Positions 19,158 through 28,479 of a stretch of 64,000 bases of DNA are shown here, in pieces. The first letter of the stretch is position 1, and every line of letters begins with the position of its first letter. The position numbers and the translations under genes are program-made. Under the pieces are notes generated by a model, which worked only from the letters and a program-made list of their open reading frames with translations, searched no databases and had not been told where the DNA came from. Source of the DNA: a virus. The stretch is from positions 45,559-109,558 of IMG/VR virus record IMGVR_UViG_3300050821_006280; one strand, written 5' to 3'.

Positions 19158-20507
19158 TCAGAAAGGAAGATCGTCTAGCTTATCTGGATCGTTCTGCACA
19201 GCGGTTGGCGCCACATCGTCATCGGCTCCTGGCTCGCGCGGCTCAAAACTTCCACTGGGTGAAACCGCCCCACCGCTAGACGAGCTGACATCCATGCCAG
19301 ATTCATCGACCTCGGAAAAGTCCATACGATCAAGATCCCAACGGATTCTGATATTTCCTGGCTTCCCCTCACGGATTTTCATCGAGACGATTTCCATCTT
19401 TGCATCGGTACGCATCTCGTCAGACTGATGGATTCCGTACATGATGTCCGAGTTCCAGCCTGCTACGTCGGTGATTCCAACGTTATCCGCGGTGATAGTC
19501 GAGGACTCCCCCTTCTTCGCAGAACGGTTGAATTGCGTGTTTGCGACAGTTGTCAACTTCCCACGCTTCGCTATTCTCTTGAGGTCATCGAACGTATTCG
19601 ACACCCTCTCGTGGCGATCCTTCCCGGTATTCTTGATCAGGTAGGCACCGTCGACGGCTGCAAGTTGACACTCTGAGTCCTCAATTGCAGTTCCAACGTT
19701 GTCGATAGAGAAATCGAAATCGCCACCGACGATGTAGATCCCCTGCTCGTTGAGTATAGACGCAATACCTGAGCGCAGTTTCTGCTCTGCAAATTCGCCA
19801 AGCTTCCCCCTGCGAACATCATCGTACGGAAGCCGGAAGTGCAATGCAAAAAAGCGCATTGCCATCTTGATCTTGTTCATTTCTGTCGAGACGATCATGA
19901 CTCTCGCCCCGTCCTTCCAAGCTGCATGCGTCACAACAAGCAGTGTCCAGGTCTTTCCGGTTCCAAGTCTACCGGCGAACAAGACGAGATCTTCGGGCCA
20001 CCACCCCATGGTCTGGTCGTCCATGGTCGGCCATGGAGTTGCAATCCCCCGTTTTCCAGCTTTGATGTTGTCGTATTGCTGGAGCACTTCCTTGCCAAGT
20101 GCGAAGAGTGATTCGATCTTCGAGACCGAGTTGCACTCACGCATAATCTTTCGGTTGATCTCTCGCCAGACCTCTGCTGCCGCCTGAGGATCACGTCCCT
20201 CTAGCTTCTCTGTGACCTTGGCAGCACCTTCACGTAAACCCTGAAATAGCCGTCTGCTGATAACTTCGTTGATCCAGAATACTGGCGTCTCGCTTGTAAT
20301 GACAGGCAAGTCGACACCCGTCTTCTGCAAGATCACATCTGGCGTCGGCAGAGACCCATATTCCTTGCGATGGAGCAGCAAATACTCGAACGCGTTGCGC
20401 CCATCCCCAAACAAATGATCTGGGGTAATGCCCTTATCAAGCGCCTGCGACAGCGCTTTGGCTCCGCCCAATGAAACGGAGAGAACAAATTCCTTATCCA
20501 GATCCAC
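19158..20507 (-). CDS. dnaB: DnaB-family replicative helicase
   Basis: AGRLGTGKT, STEM, VDG, TQFNR, KIREG. Confidence 0.92.
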   Translation of the reverse strand: MDLDKEFVLSVSLGGAKALSQALDKGITPDHLFGDGRNAFEYLLLHRKEYGSLPTPDVILQKTGVDLPVITSETPVFWINEVISRRLFQGLREGAAKVTEKLEGRDPQAAAEVWREINRKIMRECNSVSKIESLFALGKEVLQQYDNIKAGKRGIATPWPTMDDQTMGWWPEDLVLFAGRLGTGKTWTLLVVTHAAWKDGARVMIVSTEMNKIKMAMRFFALHFRLPYDDVRRGKLGEFAEQKLRSGIASILNEQGIYIVGGDFDFSIDNVGTAIEDSECQLAAVDGAYLIKNTGKDRHERVSNTFDDLKRIAKRGKLTTVANTQFNRSAKKGESSTITADNVGITDVAGWNSDIMYGIHQSDEMRTDAKMEIVSMKIREGKPGNIRIRWDLDRMDFSEVDESGMDVSSSSGGAVSPSGSFEPREPGADDDVAPTAVQNDPDKLDDLPF

Positions 20508-20513
20508 GGCTGC

Positions 20514-20864
20514 TTACCGAATCCCGCCCCGGATAACCTTCAGGTGCAGATGAGACCGACGATCAATTTTCTTCTTAGAAGAAGCTTCGCGACGCGCTTC
20601 CTCTCCGATATCTCGTAGCTCCTCCAGCAGAGCGCGGGCTTCCCAGATGTACGGCACATCATCCATGAGAGGATCGCCTTCTGCCGCCTCAAGGCACGAG
20701 CAATGAAATGACGCGAAGATCAAAACCTTGTTCTGGATCAGGGAGTTGTATTCAGCCGGCCCGTTAGCGATCATGGCATCAGCAACAACCCGAATCTGCG
20801 GAACGCCAAAGACAATCTCTTCCTGGCAGATCTCGCAGATATCCCTGACCTCCTCGCCAACCAT
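20514..20864 (-). CDS. hypothetical zinc-binding protein
   Basis: CEIC...HCSC. Confidence 0.6.
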   Translation of the reverse strand: MVGEEVRDICEICQEEIVFGVPQIRVVADAMIANGPAEYNSLIQNKVLIFASFHCSCLEAAEGDPLMDDVPYIWEARALLEELRDIGEEARREASSKKKIDRRSHLHLKVIRGGIR

Positions 20865-21566
20865 CTACTTGTTCTCCCTTGATTTGATCCGAGCCTGAAA
20901 TGCGTCCGATGATTTCTGTCTGAGATTCTCTCCCTCGATCGTGACGCCAATATTCGTTCCCTGGAAGACTCCCCACAGGCTCTTGAGCCGCCGATCGTTC
21001 CCCCATGATGATCCCGGGATTCTTGTGGTGAGCATCGTGACCTTCCCGTCCGCCTGGCGTCGAGTGACCAGCTTCTCCATATGCTTCGGACCGAACCGAT
21101 TGTCTTCGATAAAGTCCTCGTTGAAGTTGTCGAGAACGAGCAAGTCTACGGCGCGGATGCGTTCCATCATCGACATGGAGTCATCGAACGGACGATCATT
21201 GAATTGAAGCTCTTGCAGCTCCTCGTGGAAGGTGACGCGAACAGTGAAGGTCCACCGCCGCGCTTCCATTGCGATGATCGCAGCAGCAGCTGATTTTCCT
21301 ACGCCAGGCTCACCCGTGAAGACGAAACCATTTCCACTTTGCACATACTTGACGATATCGTGACAGTAATTGATGACAGTATTCCTAGCGTCTTCGTCCT
21401 GTATGCCCTTCGCCTTTACTCCCCGATAGAGCCTGCCGAGGTTCATTAGCTTGAAATCGAACTCGACAAGCTGATCCCGCCTCTGCCATCTCGACACGAC
21501 AGCTTGCGTGACTGGCTGGGTGTCTGGGTCATCGCGGGAAATCAGCGGCTTTTTCTCATCACTCAT
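20865..21566 (-). CDS. DnaC/IstB-like helicase-loader ATPase
   Basis: GEPGVGKS, LLVLDN, MLTT; adjacent to initiator and DnaB. Confidence 0.82.
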   Translation of the reverse strand: MSDEKKPLISRDDPDTQPVTQAVVSRWQRRDQLVEFDFKLMNLGRLYRGVKAKGIQDEDARNTVINYCHDIVKYVQSGNGFVFTGEPGVGKSAAAAIIAMEARRWTFTVRVTFHEELQELQFNDRPFDDSMSMMERIRAVDLLVLDNFNEDFIEDNRFGPKHMEKLVTRRQADGKVTMLTTRIPGSSWGNDRRLKSLWGVFQGTNIGVTIEGENLRQKSSDAFQARIKSRENK

Positions 21567-21594
21567 CGATCAACGCAGACGCTTGCGCGGCTCC

Positions 21595-22863
21595 TCAGAA
21601 GAACTTCGGCTCTGGCTTCTTATTGGCCGGCGAGGAATCGTTGCGCGAGATCTTGCCGAGCACCTCGGAGCGCTTGTAGTAGAGCAACGAGATCTCCGGC
21701 AAGCCCTCCGCCTTATACTTGCGGCTCCACTTGCTTTCCCAGCTTGAGATGAAATCCCGAACCCCTTCCTCAACAAGCTCCGGCCCAAAATCCTCCAGCA
21801 TACGCTTGACTAGGACCATCTCCTGCTTCGTCCAACGTGGATTCGGACGCCCATTGAACGAGTCGCGATAGGCCTCATCCCACCAGCTGCGCACGTTGCC
21901 AGCATTGACCACGCCAGCAGCGTCCTTCTGCTCCTGGTAGCTCGAACGGCGCTCAACGGACCCGCCAGCCTCTTCACGGCGGCGGCGCTTCTCCTCAGCC
22001 TTGGCAGCCTTCGCGCGCGATTTGGCATCGGTCTGCTCCATCGTCTGGCGTGACAGGTTTCTTAGCCGTTCAGCTCTCTCGTCGACCAGTTTCTTCTTCT
22101 GATCAACGACGCTAGTCCCTTCCCCTTGTGTTTCGCTGGGATTTATAGAATCCCTAGTGTTTTCGTCTACCTTTGTCATCTGCTCTTGTACTAGAACATC
22201 GTCGATCCGATCCTGATTGTCATCTGCAATCTTCTGATCTTGAGTTGGTAAATCACCTGTAGGGGCAGCTGCCGGCGAAGCCGGACAATCCTTTATTTCT
22301 TTTTCATTAAATTCTTTTCTTTCTTTTCTTTTCATTTGTCCGAAATTCGCCACGGGTCGACCCGAAGCTTGTTTCGGTCCGACCCGAAATTTCTCACGGA
22401 TCGACCCGTCGTTTATTTCGGTAGGAGGAATCTCGGTCCTCAGTATTTTCAAGTCGAGGTCATCACGATCAGCTTCGAGTAGCTTCCATCCGAATAGCTG
22501 AGCATGTCCGTATACATCAGACGCTGCGACAACCCACTTTTTGTCTGCTTTCAAAGCCTTATCAGCCTCGGTCCTGACCAGTCCCAATCTTATAAGTCGA
22601 GCTGCAAGCTGCTCTACCCGTCGGAGCGACTTGCCCATGTCAGCGGCAATTGTCGCCCACGAGGCGAAGGTATAGCCATGCTTGACAGACCGCACAGAAA
22701 TGACGGCCAGCAGCACCTTCTCCGAGTCGCCGAGACGGCTGTCAGTCATATGGAGCAGACTTATGGGAGCCCAAGGCCCTGGAATAACCTCGGCAGCCCG
22801 CTGCGGAGCAGCAGGCCATTGCAAGACCTTGTGTTCGTCCTCTAGGCTGTCAGGCGGCATCAA
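21595..22863 (-). CDS. replication initiator (N-terminal winged HTH)
   Basis: DSRLGDSEKVLL...FASWATIAADMGKSLRRVEQLAARL; precedes the loader. Confidence 0.72.
   Translation of the reverse strand: MMPPDSLEDEHKVLQWPAAPQRAAEVIPGPWAPISLLHMTDSRLGDSEKVLLAVISVRSVKHGYTFASWATIAADMGKSLRRVEQLAARLIRLGLVRTEADKALKADKKWVVAASDVYGHAQLFGWKLLEADRDDLDLKILRTEIPPTEINDGSIREKFRVGPKQASGRPVANFGQMKRKERKEFNEKEIKDCPASPAAAPTGDLPTQDQKIADDNQDRIDDVLVQEQMTKVDENTRDSINPSETQGEGTSVVDQKKKLVDERAERLRNLSRQTMEQTDAKSRAKAAKAEEKRRRREEAGGSVERRSSYQEQKDAAGVVNAGNVRSWWDEAYRDSFNGRPNPRWTKQEMVLVKRMLEDFGPELVEEGVRDFISSWESKWSRKYKAEGLPEISLLYYKRSEVLGKISRNDSSPANKKPEPKFF
22290..22422. repeat. putative replication origin: AT-rich tract plus two 39-bp imperfect direct repeats
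   Basis: Repeats start at 22340 and 22384 (period 44) beside a T-rich tract at 22291-22338. Confidence 0.6.
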
Positions 22864-23135
22864 TCTGTCTCCATCTTGCTGCGAACTTCCAAAACGAACT
22901 TCATCAGCTTTTCGTCATCCTTGAACCATTCCCCGAACATCCTGTTCATACCGAAGCGACGGTGGATCTCGCGTTCCTGAACACGACCACCAGGCATGAT
23001 CGCGAGGATCATCAGCTCGCGAGGATAGCCAGTTTGGATCTCGGAAAGACGTTTTTGGGGATCTTTGGAAAAGCCGATCTTGATCGGGCCGCCGGCTTTT
23101 TCTTGAATGAAATATACGTACGTCGTCGTCGCCAT
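22860..23135 (-). CDS. GIY-YIG/T5orf172-family protein
   Basis: YVYFIQ...IKIGFS.DP.KRL..IQTG...EREIH...GEWF. Confidence 0.85.
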   Translation of the reverse strand: MATTTYVYFIQEKAGGPIKIGFSKDPQKRLSEIQTGYPRELMILAIMPGGRVQEREIHRRFGMNRMFGEWFKDDEKLMKFVLEVRSKMETD

Positions 23136-23183
23136 GAGGGACGATCAAACGCTAGAAGCTAGATACCTGATTGTCTAGGAGAT

Positions 23184-23795
23184 CTACTTTTTGAAGCGAG
23201 GACCGAAGTCGCGTATCATCGATCGGACGAGATGTGGATGTGGATTTGCCTGTGGCCTTCCCTTGCGGATCAATCCGAGAGCTTCGACGAAGCCCATCCC
23301 TTCGTACAGCATGAGGTACGAAATCGTCGCGGCAACCGAGCGCGAAATACCAGCTGCGCAGTGAACGATCAGATTGAGCCCCTTCTTCTTCGCTAGATGG
23401 ATCTCCAGAGCCGCCTTCTCGAAGGCTCCGACGGGAGATAGCTCGCCATCCTCGATACCCACCTTGGCAAGAAAGATACCTGGCCAAGGCTCATAATCGA
23501 TCTCCTTGGCCATATTCAAAATCGATTTGACCTCGTCATCGACGAAGAAGATGGGCATGAAGACCGCCGCGTGTTCTCCTACCCAGATCCCTGGAAAGAC
23601 CAGATTTGCTACCTGCTCTGTACGCATCCCATTCTTCCTGTGAGCCTCGAAGTCCGAATGCACCTTATCGAGGAATGCACGAAGCCCTGGAGGCAGTGCC
23701 CTTGCAGTCTGCTGCTTGTACTCCGTTAGCTTGTCAGTGTGGTCGCGGAAGTTCAAGGTGCCTCGTTCTACGCCAGAACGTCTCCGACCTTTCAC
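23184..23795 (-). CDS. dual-specificity (Cx5R) phosphatase
   Basis: VHCAAGISRS...YLM...IRKGRP. Confidence 0.9.
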   Translation of the reverse strand: MKGRRRSGVERGTLNFRDHTDKLTEYKQQTARALPPGLRAFLDKVHSDFEAHRKNGMRTEQVANLVFPGIWVGEHAAVFMPIFFVDDEVKSILNMAKEIDYEPWPGIFLAKVGIEDGELSPVGAFEKAALEIHLAKKKGLNLIVHCAAGISRSVAATISYLMLYEGMGFVEALGLIRKGRPQANPHPHLVRSMIRDFGPRFKK

Positions 23796-24139
23796 GAGAG
23801 GATGACGTACCAGGTCTGTGAATTACAAGTTGCACAGGAGATGACATAGTACGGCGGCGCTGGAGGCGTCGGCGGCAATGCGTCAGACAGGTCAGATGTA
23901 GTGGCTGAAATATCTGACTCGACGACCATGATCTTGTCAGCTGGCGCAGTGCAGGTCGGACAGGAAATAGCAAGCTCTGGATCTAGGCTGACGATATCTT
24001 CCTGGATAAGCTGTACGCGTTTTACTGGAGAAAATATATCCAGAACACGCAGTCTCTTCTTTGAGAAGGGATGCTTCGTATACTCAGTACGCTTTACTTG
24101 CTTAGTCGCCAATTCTATCAATTCCAATTTCGGCATCAT
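23792..24139 (-). CDS. hypothetical zinc-ribbon protein
   Basis: CPTC...CATC. Confidence 0.6.
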   Translation of the reverse strand: MMPKLELIELATKQVKRTEYTKHPFSKKRLRVLDIFSPVKRVQLIQEDIVSLDPELAISCPTCTAPADKIMVVESDISATTSDLSDALPPTPPAPPYYVISCATCNSQTWYVILS

Positions 24140-24513
24140 CCTTTCCGTATCGCCTTCTTGACTTTGTCGGAGACTGCTTCCTCTCCAATCTGGAGGGCCA
24201 GCGTCTCGATCTCCGAGCAGAAGACATCGACGTAAAGTTTGATCCGATTGTCAATACCTAGCTTACTCAGAACCCTTTCAGCAAGCAATTGCGATTCCTT
24301 ATCGGAGAGGATCTCTCCGGGATCTCCATCATTAACCTTTCCTGCTGCGTACTTGGTGAGAGCCGTGGTGATGATGGTTGTAACATTATCCCGGATCGGG
24401 CTCTTGTCCACTAATGCTCCGTCCATCGATCGAAAGGATTTACGGGTTCTGGGGCTTGCATGGCCAGCGGGTGGTTCGACTCCCATTGATGATGGCAGAG
24501 CCTGCATTTGCAC
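24136..24513 (-). CDS. hypothetical protein (start uncertain)
   Basis: Packed ORF. Confidence 0.5.
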   Translation of the reverse strand: MQMQALPSSMGVEPPAGHASPRTRKSFRSMDGALVDKSPIRDNVTTIITTALTKYAAGKVNDGDPGEILSDKESQLLAERVLSKLGIDNRIKLYVDVFCSEIETLALQIGEEAVSDKVKKAIRKG

Positions 24514-24632
24514 TCACGTCGCTCGCGTGCAACAGCGCCGCGGAGATGCTCAGGAAGAAACGTGCTGAAGTTGTACATCGTCCCGACGCGGATGTTGCGA
24601 GACTTGCACTTCGGGCAAACGAATGCCTTCAT
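24411..24632 (-). CDS. zinc-ribbon protein
   Basis: GGAGG RBS; CPKC...CRLC. Confidence 0.65.
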   Translation of the reverse strand: MKAFVCPKCKSRNIRVGTMYNFSTFLPEHLRGAVARERRECKCRLCHHQWESNHPLAMQAPEPVNPFDRWTEH

Positions 24633-24642
24633 CGCGTGCCTC

Positions 24643-25002
24643 CTACGGCATGAGATTGGCCAAGGTCTCCAGCGCTCGAATAGCAGCTTCGACCCAGGCT
24701 CGGTCGGACATCCCGTCCACCGCGGCGCCTGTCCTTACTTGCTGGGCAACTTTACGAAGTCCATCAGCTGTCGGTCGTCGAGCGCCAATTAAACAAGCTT
24801 TCACTGCCAGAATGCGGTCTGCGACCACTTCCCAAACCGTCGAGCCCTGCTTGGCTTCGTTGATCATTTGGAGCAGAATTGCCTGGTGCTGTTCAGGCGC
24901 TAATCCGCCGACGGCGAAGATTGCCTTGATTCGTTCGTCGTTGATTTCCCATTGACCGGAGTAACTGTTGAGCATTCGCGCGAGGACTTCAGATGGGGTC
25001 AT
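24643..25002 (-). CDS. hypothetical protein
   Basis: ATGA coupling. Confidence 0.6.
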   Translation of the reverse strand: MTPSEVLARMLNSYSGQWEINDERIKAIFAVGGLAPEQHQAILLQMINEAKQGSTVWEVVADRILAVKACLIGARRPTADGLRKVAQQVRTGAAVDGMSDRAWVEAAIRALETLANLMP

Positions 25003-25232
25003 GGCTCTTCATCGTATCCCTGGTTGTGCCGCATGACGCGCTTCACCAGCTCGCAGAAATCAAACACCTCGCAGTCCGAGCAAACTGGATGACCCCGCAT
25101 CTCGCGGCATTTGATGACTTTCAGCTGGTCGAGACGATGTTGGAACTGCGGAGATGAAGGATCATGGCCTTCTTGAGTGACCGAGGCTTCTAACTGACTA
25201 AGCAGGGAGGCTGGTTCTTCTTCGTCGGCCAT
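24999..25232 (-). CDS. Cys-rich hypothetical protein
   Basis: C...CSDC....C. Confidence 0.6.
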   Translation of the reverse strand: MADEEEPASLLSQLEASVTQEGHDPSSPQFQHRLDQLKVIKCREMRGHPVCSDCEVFDFCELVKRVMRHNQGYDEEP

Positions 25233-25498
25233 CAGGATTCCAAGATAGATTCTAGATCTTCGAGTAGATCAATACCACCAATAGCTCGACGAAAACACGA
25301 GAGATGCATCCTACCCCAAACACGGCGCTTGTGGAATGGAGCCTTCTCTTTGCCTTCATCGGGCATGAGCAAACCTATTTGGATCTCGACGACTTCATCT
25401 CCAGGCTTCCTACGAGATGACGATCGGATAATCGGCTTCGGACAGCCGAGGCATTGCGTCGGATCATTTTTCTTTTGATTGGCCATATCTTGATCCAC
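25232..25498 (-). CDS. hypothetical protein
   Basis: CLGC...HLSC; follows a promoter. Confidence 0.6.
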   Translation of the reverse strand: MDQDMANQKKNDPTQCLGCPKPIIRSSSRRKPGDEVVEIQIGLLMPDEGKEKAPFHKRRVWGRMHLSCFRRAIGGIDLLEDLESILES

Positions 25499-25521
25499 GC
25501 AAGCGTCTGCGCGGTAAAATC

Positions 25522-25550
25522 AGACTATCGGCCGATCACTTGATTGTCAA
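25522..25550 (-). promoter_or_regulatory. sigma70-type promoter
   Basis: TTGACA-N17-TAGTCT. Confidence 0.6.
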
Positions 25551-25617
25551 ACGATGGCGCAATAACATGCCAAATCCCATAGAGAATGGGACAGAGACGA
25601 AAGCTGGCGGCTAAGAC

Positions 25618-25860
25618 CTAAGAGACGGCGAGCCGTTTCGCGGTGGCTACTACGTGAGCAGCCTCCAGGGCGCGACGTGCAGCGTCCCGAAACTTATTCT
25701 TCATCTCCTCTGGAATGGCTTCCCACGGGCTCTCCCTCTTTGGGAATTGCCACTCGACGATAGCCCGTGCTGCGGCTTCGATTTCATCGTCGCATGGCTC
25801 ATGGCGATGCGTTGCCATTTGGGCCTTCCTTTCACGTCTCATGAATCTCGGCAGTACCAT
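25618..25860 (-). CDS. hypothetical protein
   Basis: IEAAARAI...W...FRDAARRALEAA. Confidence 0.55.
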   Translation of the reverse strand: MVLPRFMRRERKAQMATHRHEPCDDEIEAAARAIVEWQFPKRESPWEAIPEEMKNKFRDAARRALEAAHVVATAKRLAVS

Positions 25861-25865
25861 CGTTG

Positions 25866-26285
25866 CTAGTCGTCTCCCATCGTCGGATCGTGTTCAACTT
25901 CGTGATCTTCGGCCTCAGCCAGAATTCTGGTGATTAAGGCTTCCCGCTCCTCAACAGTCTGATTCTTGGCAAAGAGCAAGAAGTCCTCGGTCCGACGAGA
26001 ACCAGTAACGGTCCGGCTGCCAAGCTGGATCGTGTAGTGCTGCTCGAATACGTAGGACACCTTCTCAAGCGGACCGTGGTTCTGGCAGACGAACACATCG
26101 AAATCGTCCACTGCTCTCAAGGTCTGATCTTTCGGCTGCGATGACTCCACGCATTGTACGCAGCCAGCAGGCATCCATATCCATAGCCGGCCGTTGTGCA
26201 TGAGGTGCGCGTTGCGGTCGAGACCCTCCCACTGACTGGGATCTTCGGCCAGCTCAATGATTCTCTTCGGTCCACCCATTGCCAT
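25866..26285 (-). CDS. hypothetical protein
   Basis: 139-aa ORF. Confidence 0.6.
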   Translation of the reverse strand: MAMGGPKRIIELAEDPSQWEGLDRNAHLMHNGRLWIWMPAGCVQCVESSQPKDQTLRAVDDFDVFVCQNHGPLEKVSYVFEQHYTIQLGSRTVTGSRRTEDFLLFAKNQTVEEREALITRILAEAEDHEVEHDPTMGDD

Positions 26286-26610
26286 GTCCTGTTGTACGAA
26301 GCATTAAGCAGGCGATTACCGCTGCCATAGCTACTGGACTAACAGTTAGCTACCAGATTGTAAACACGTTGAATGTACGATTTTTCTTACATGAAAACCA
26401 TGGCCATGGCATGACTTAGCCCACATTCGACTGACTGTACGGAAAGCTTAGGACTATTCAGGACGTGGAGCGGTGAGATCTTCGGCACGAACGCAATCGA
26501 TACGAGCTTTGATGACAGCCATGGCTGTTTCCACGCCAGCGATTCCATGCTCTGCCTCCAGGATCTCCAGGAAGCGCAGAGTCATCTTCTCCGCGGGCAG
26601 CTCCTTTTGC

Positions 26611-26928
26611 TCAGATGGAGTCATTCAGGATGCTCTTGAGTACGTCCGATGGTTTGAACTTCAGAACTCGTCGAGCCGAGATATGGACGGGTTCGCCAGT
26701 CTGTGGGTTACGCCCGACACGCGCGTTCTTGGCTTTCACGACGAACTTCCCGAAGCCTGAGATCTTGACCTCCTCGCCCTTGGCCAAGGTATCTCGCATG
26801 GTGTCGATGATGCTGTCGACCACAGCATTGGCATCCTTCTGTGTCAGTCCCGGAAGCTGATCTAGAAGACGCTTGGTGATGTCCTGTCTCGTGATGTTCT
26901 GGTCGTCGGTGGTTGCTTCCGTCGTCAT
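26611..26928 (-). CDS. ihfA: integration host factor alpha-like (HU family)
   Basis: GEEVKISGFGKF..K..RVGRNPQTGE...ARRVLKFKPS. Confidence 0.85.
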   Translation of the reverse strand: MTTEATTDDQNITRQDITKRLLDQLPGLTQKDANAVVDSIIDTMRDTLAKGEEVKISGFGKFVVKAKNARVGRNPQTGEPVHISARRVLKFKPSDVLKSILNDSI

Positions 26929-27212
26929 GGAGTTACTCCGTCGTTGAGAGCTTTCTTGGCTTCCTTGCCTGGCTTGAAGAACGGAAGACGCTTGGGCGCG
27001 ATAGGCACGTTCTCGCCAGTGCGCGGATTCCGTCCCATGTATCCATCGTAGTCCCGAATCTGAAAGCTTCCGAACCCGCGCAGCTCGACGCGGCGACCAG
27101 ATTTCAGACCAAGCGACAAGGTCTCGAAGAAGCCGTTTACCGCGGCCTCCGCCTTGTCGATCGCCAACCCATTCTTCACCGAAATGACGCGAATCAAATC
27201 CGACTTCGTCAT
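26925..27212 (-). CDS. ihfB: integration host factor beta-like (HU family)
   Basis: MTKSDLI...RVELRGFGSF...GRNPRTGE...PFFKPGKE. Confidence 0.85.
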   Translation of the reverse strand: MTKSDLIRVISVKNGLAIDKAEAAVNGFFETLSLGLKSGRRVELRGFGSFQIRDYDGYMGRNPRTGENVPIAPKRLPFFKPGKEAKKALNDGVTP

Positions 27213-27225
27213 GCTGTCCCCTTTC

Positions 27226-27852
27226 TTATATGAGTATCGACACTTGTCCGTTTTCAATGAAATCAAGAACCGGCTTTGGGATTTGATGAACAGCGCGCTT
27301 CGCGCTCGCCACTAGCTTGTCCAAAGCCACGCGATCCTTGATCTTTAGCTTCGTGATGTCAGTCTGCGCGTCATCTGTTGCAACCAGTTTCCCATCAGCG
27401 AAGATCAGTCTGGATGGTGATATTGACTCACCGGATAGGTACTTCAGTGCCTTGCCGGTGAGATGGAACGCTCTATGGCGACCATCTTGTACAACCTGTA
27501 GCAGCCCAGCATTCACAGCGTAGTCGATGGAGAGCGGATCTAACTCAACACATCGGGGATGCTCGTGCTCGATGATCGATGAGAGAGGCGTCTTCGAGTT
27601 GTAGAGGAGGACCGAACGGGTGATTTTCATCGTCTCGGCAATAGCCACGAGCTTCTCGACTAGCTTCCCCGAGATCGGTAATGCCTTCTCTTCGGAGAAT
27701 GGTTTCAAGCAAGCTGGACATTTACCCAGACGCTGCCGTTCCTCGCGGTCTAGATTCACTACCTGGAGATAGCTCCGCTTCCCGAGCGCGGAGATCAGCT
27801 CGTCTGCCCGGTTCTCCTCGACATTAATGACAATGAATCGGCGACCAGACAT
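27226..27852 (-). CDS. hypothetical protein
   Basis: 208-aa ORF. Confidence 0.65.
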   Translation of the reverse strand: MSGRRFIVINVEENRADELISALGKRSYLQVVNLDREERQRLGKCPACLKPFSEEKALPISGKLVEKLVAIAETMKITRSVLLYNSKTPLSSIIEHEHPRCVELDPLSIDYAVNAGLLQVVQDGRHRAFHLTGKALKYLSGESISPSRLIFADGKLVATDDAQTDITKLKIKDRVALDKLVASAKRAVHQIPKPVLDFIENGQVSILI

Positions 27853-27962
27853 AAGACCAGCTGTTTCCTCGTGTTATGAGGAACCGTACGCGTGTTGATC
27901 CTGATTGTCTAGGGACGCTTGAAGTTTTTGAGAAAGCGAAGATCTGATCGTATGTTAGACGA

Positions 27963-28277
27963 TCAGGATAGCGAGATCAAACCGTTGTCTTCTGTAGAGG
28001 GAAGATGGAAGATGGTGAATCCGATTTCAGAGCAGCGCCGACATGAACGTAGGTGCTCATCTTCTTCGTCGGACACGACGGGAGCCTCGGCGGATCGGAG
28101 AAGATCTTCCTTCGACATGCAGAATGGACCGGCGACGGCGGTAGCGGCCTCGGTCAATTTCTGGATCTTCTCCCGACAGCCCACGCACGTCAGAGCGTGA
28201 GCACGCACCCTGGACACTTCGTCCTGGGAGGCGATACCGAGAGCCACACGGGCTGTAATGATCTTACTGAAGCACAT
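27963..28277 (-). CDS. protein with two HxxxCxxC (anti-sigma zf-HC2-like) motifs
   Basis: HALTCVGC and HLRSCRRC. Confidence 0.6.
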   Translation of the reverse strand: MCFSKIITARVALGIASQDEVSRVRAHALTCVGCREKIQKLTEAATAVAGPFCMSKEDLLRSAEAPVVSDEEDEHLRSCRRCSEIGFTIFHLPSTEDNGLISLS

Positions 28278-28292
28278 AGATGATGTGCTCTG

Positions 28293-28321
28293 ATCCTAAG
28301 GGCGACGACCACGCTTGTCAA
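28293..28321 (-). promoter_or_regulatory. sigma70-type promoter, leftward
   Basis: TTGACA-N17-TAGGAT at the strand switch. Confidence 0.6.
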
Positions 28322-28414
28322 GCATGACTATCGCAAGAGATCGAATGAGTACGCCGATCTACGATCTTTATCACCTGGTGACATTGTCGTAACCAGTGCG
28401 TGTCTCTCCCGTCT

Positions 28415-28443
28415 TTGACACCATAAACTTTGATCGGTAAACT
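28415..28443 (+). promoter_or_regulatory. sigma70-type promoter, rightward
   Basis: TTGACA-N17-TAAACT. Confidence 0.65.
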
Positions 28444-28479
28444 CAAATATCGAAATAAGTATATGCGGTCAAAGACGAA

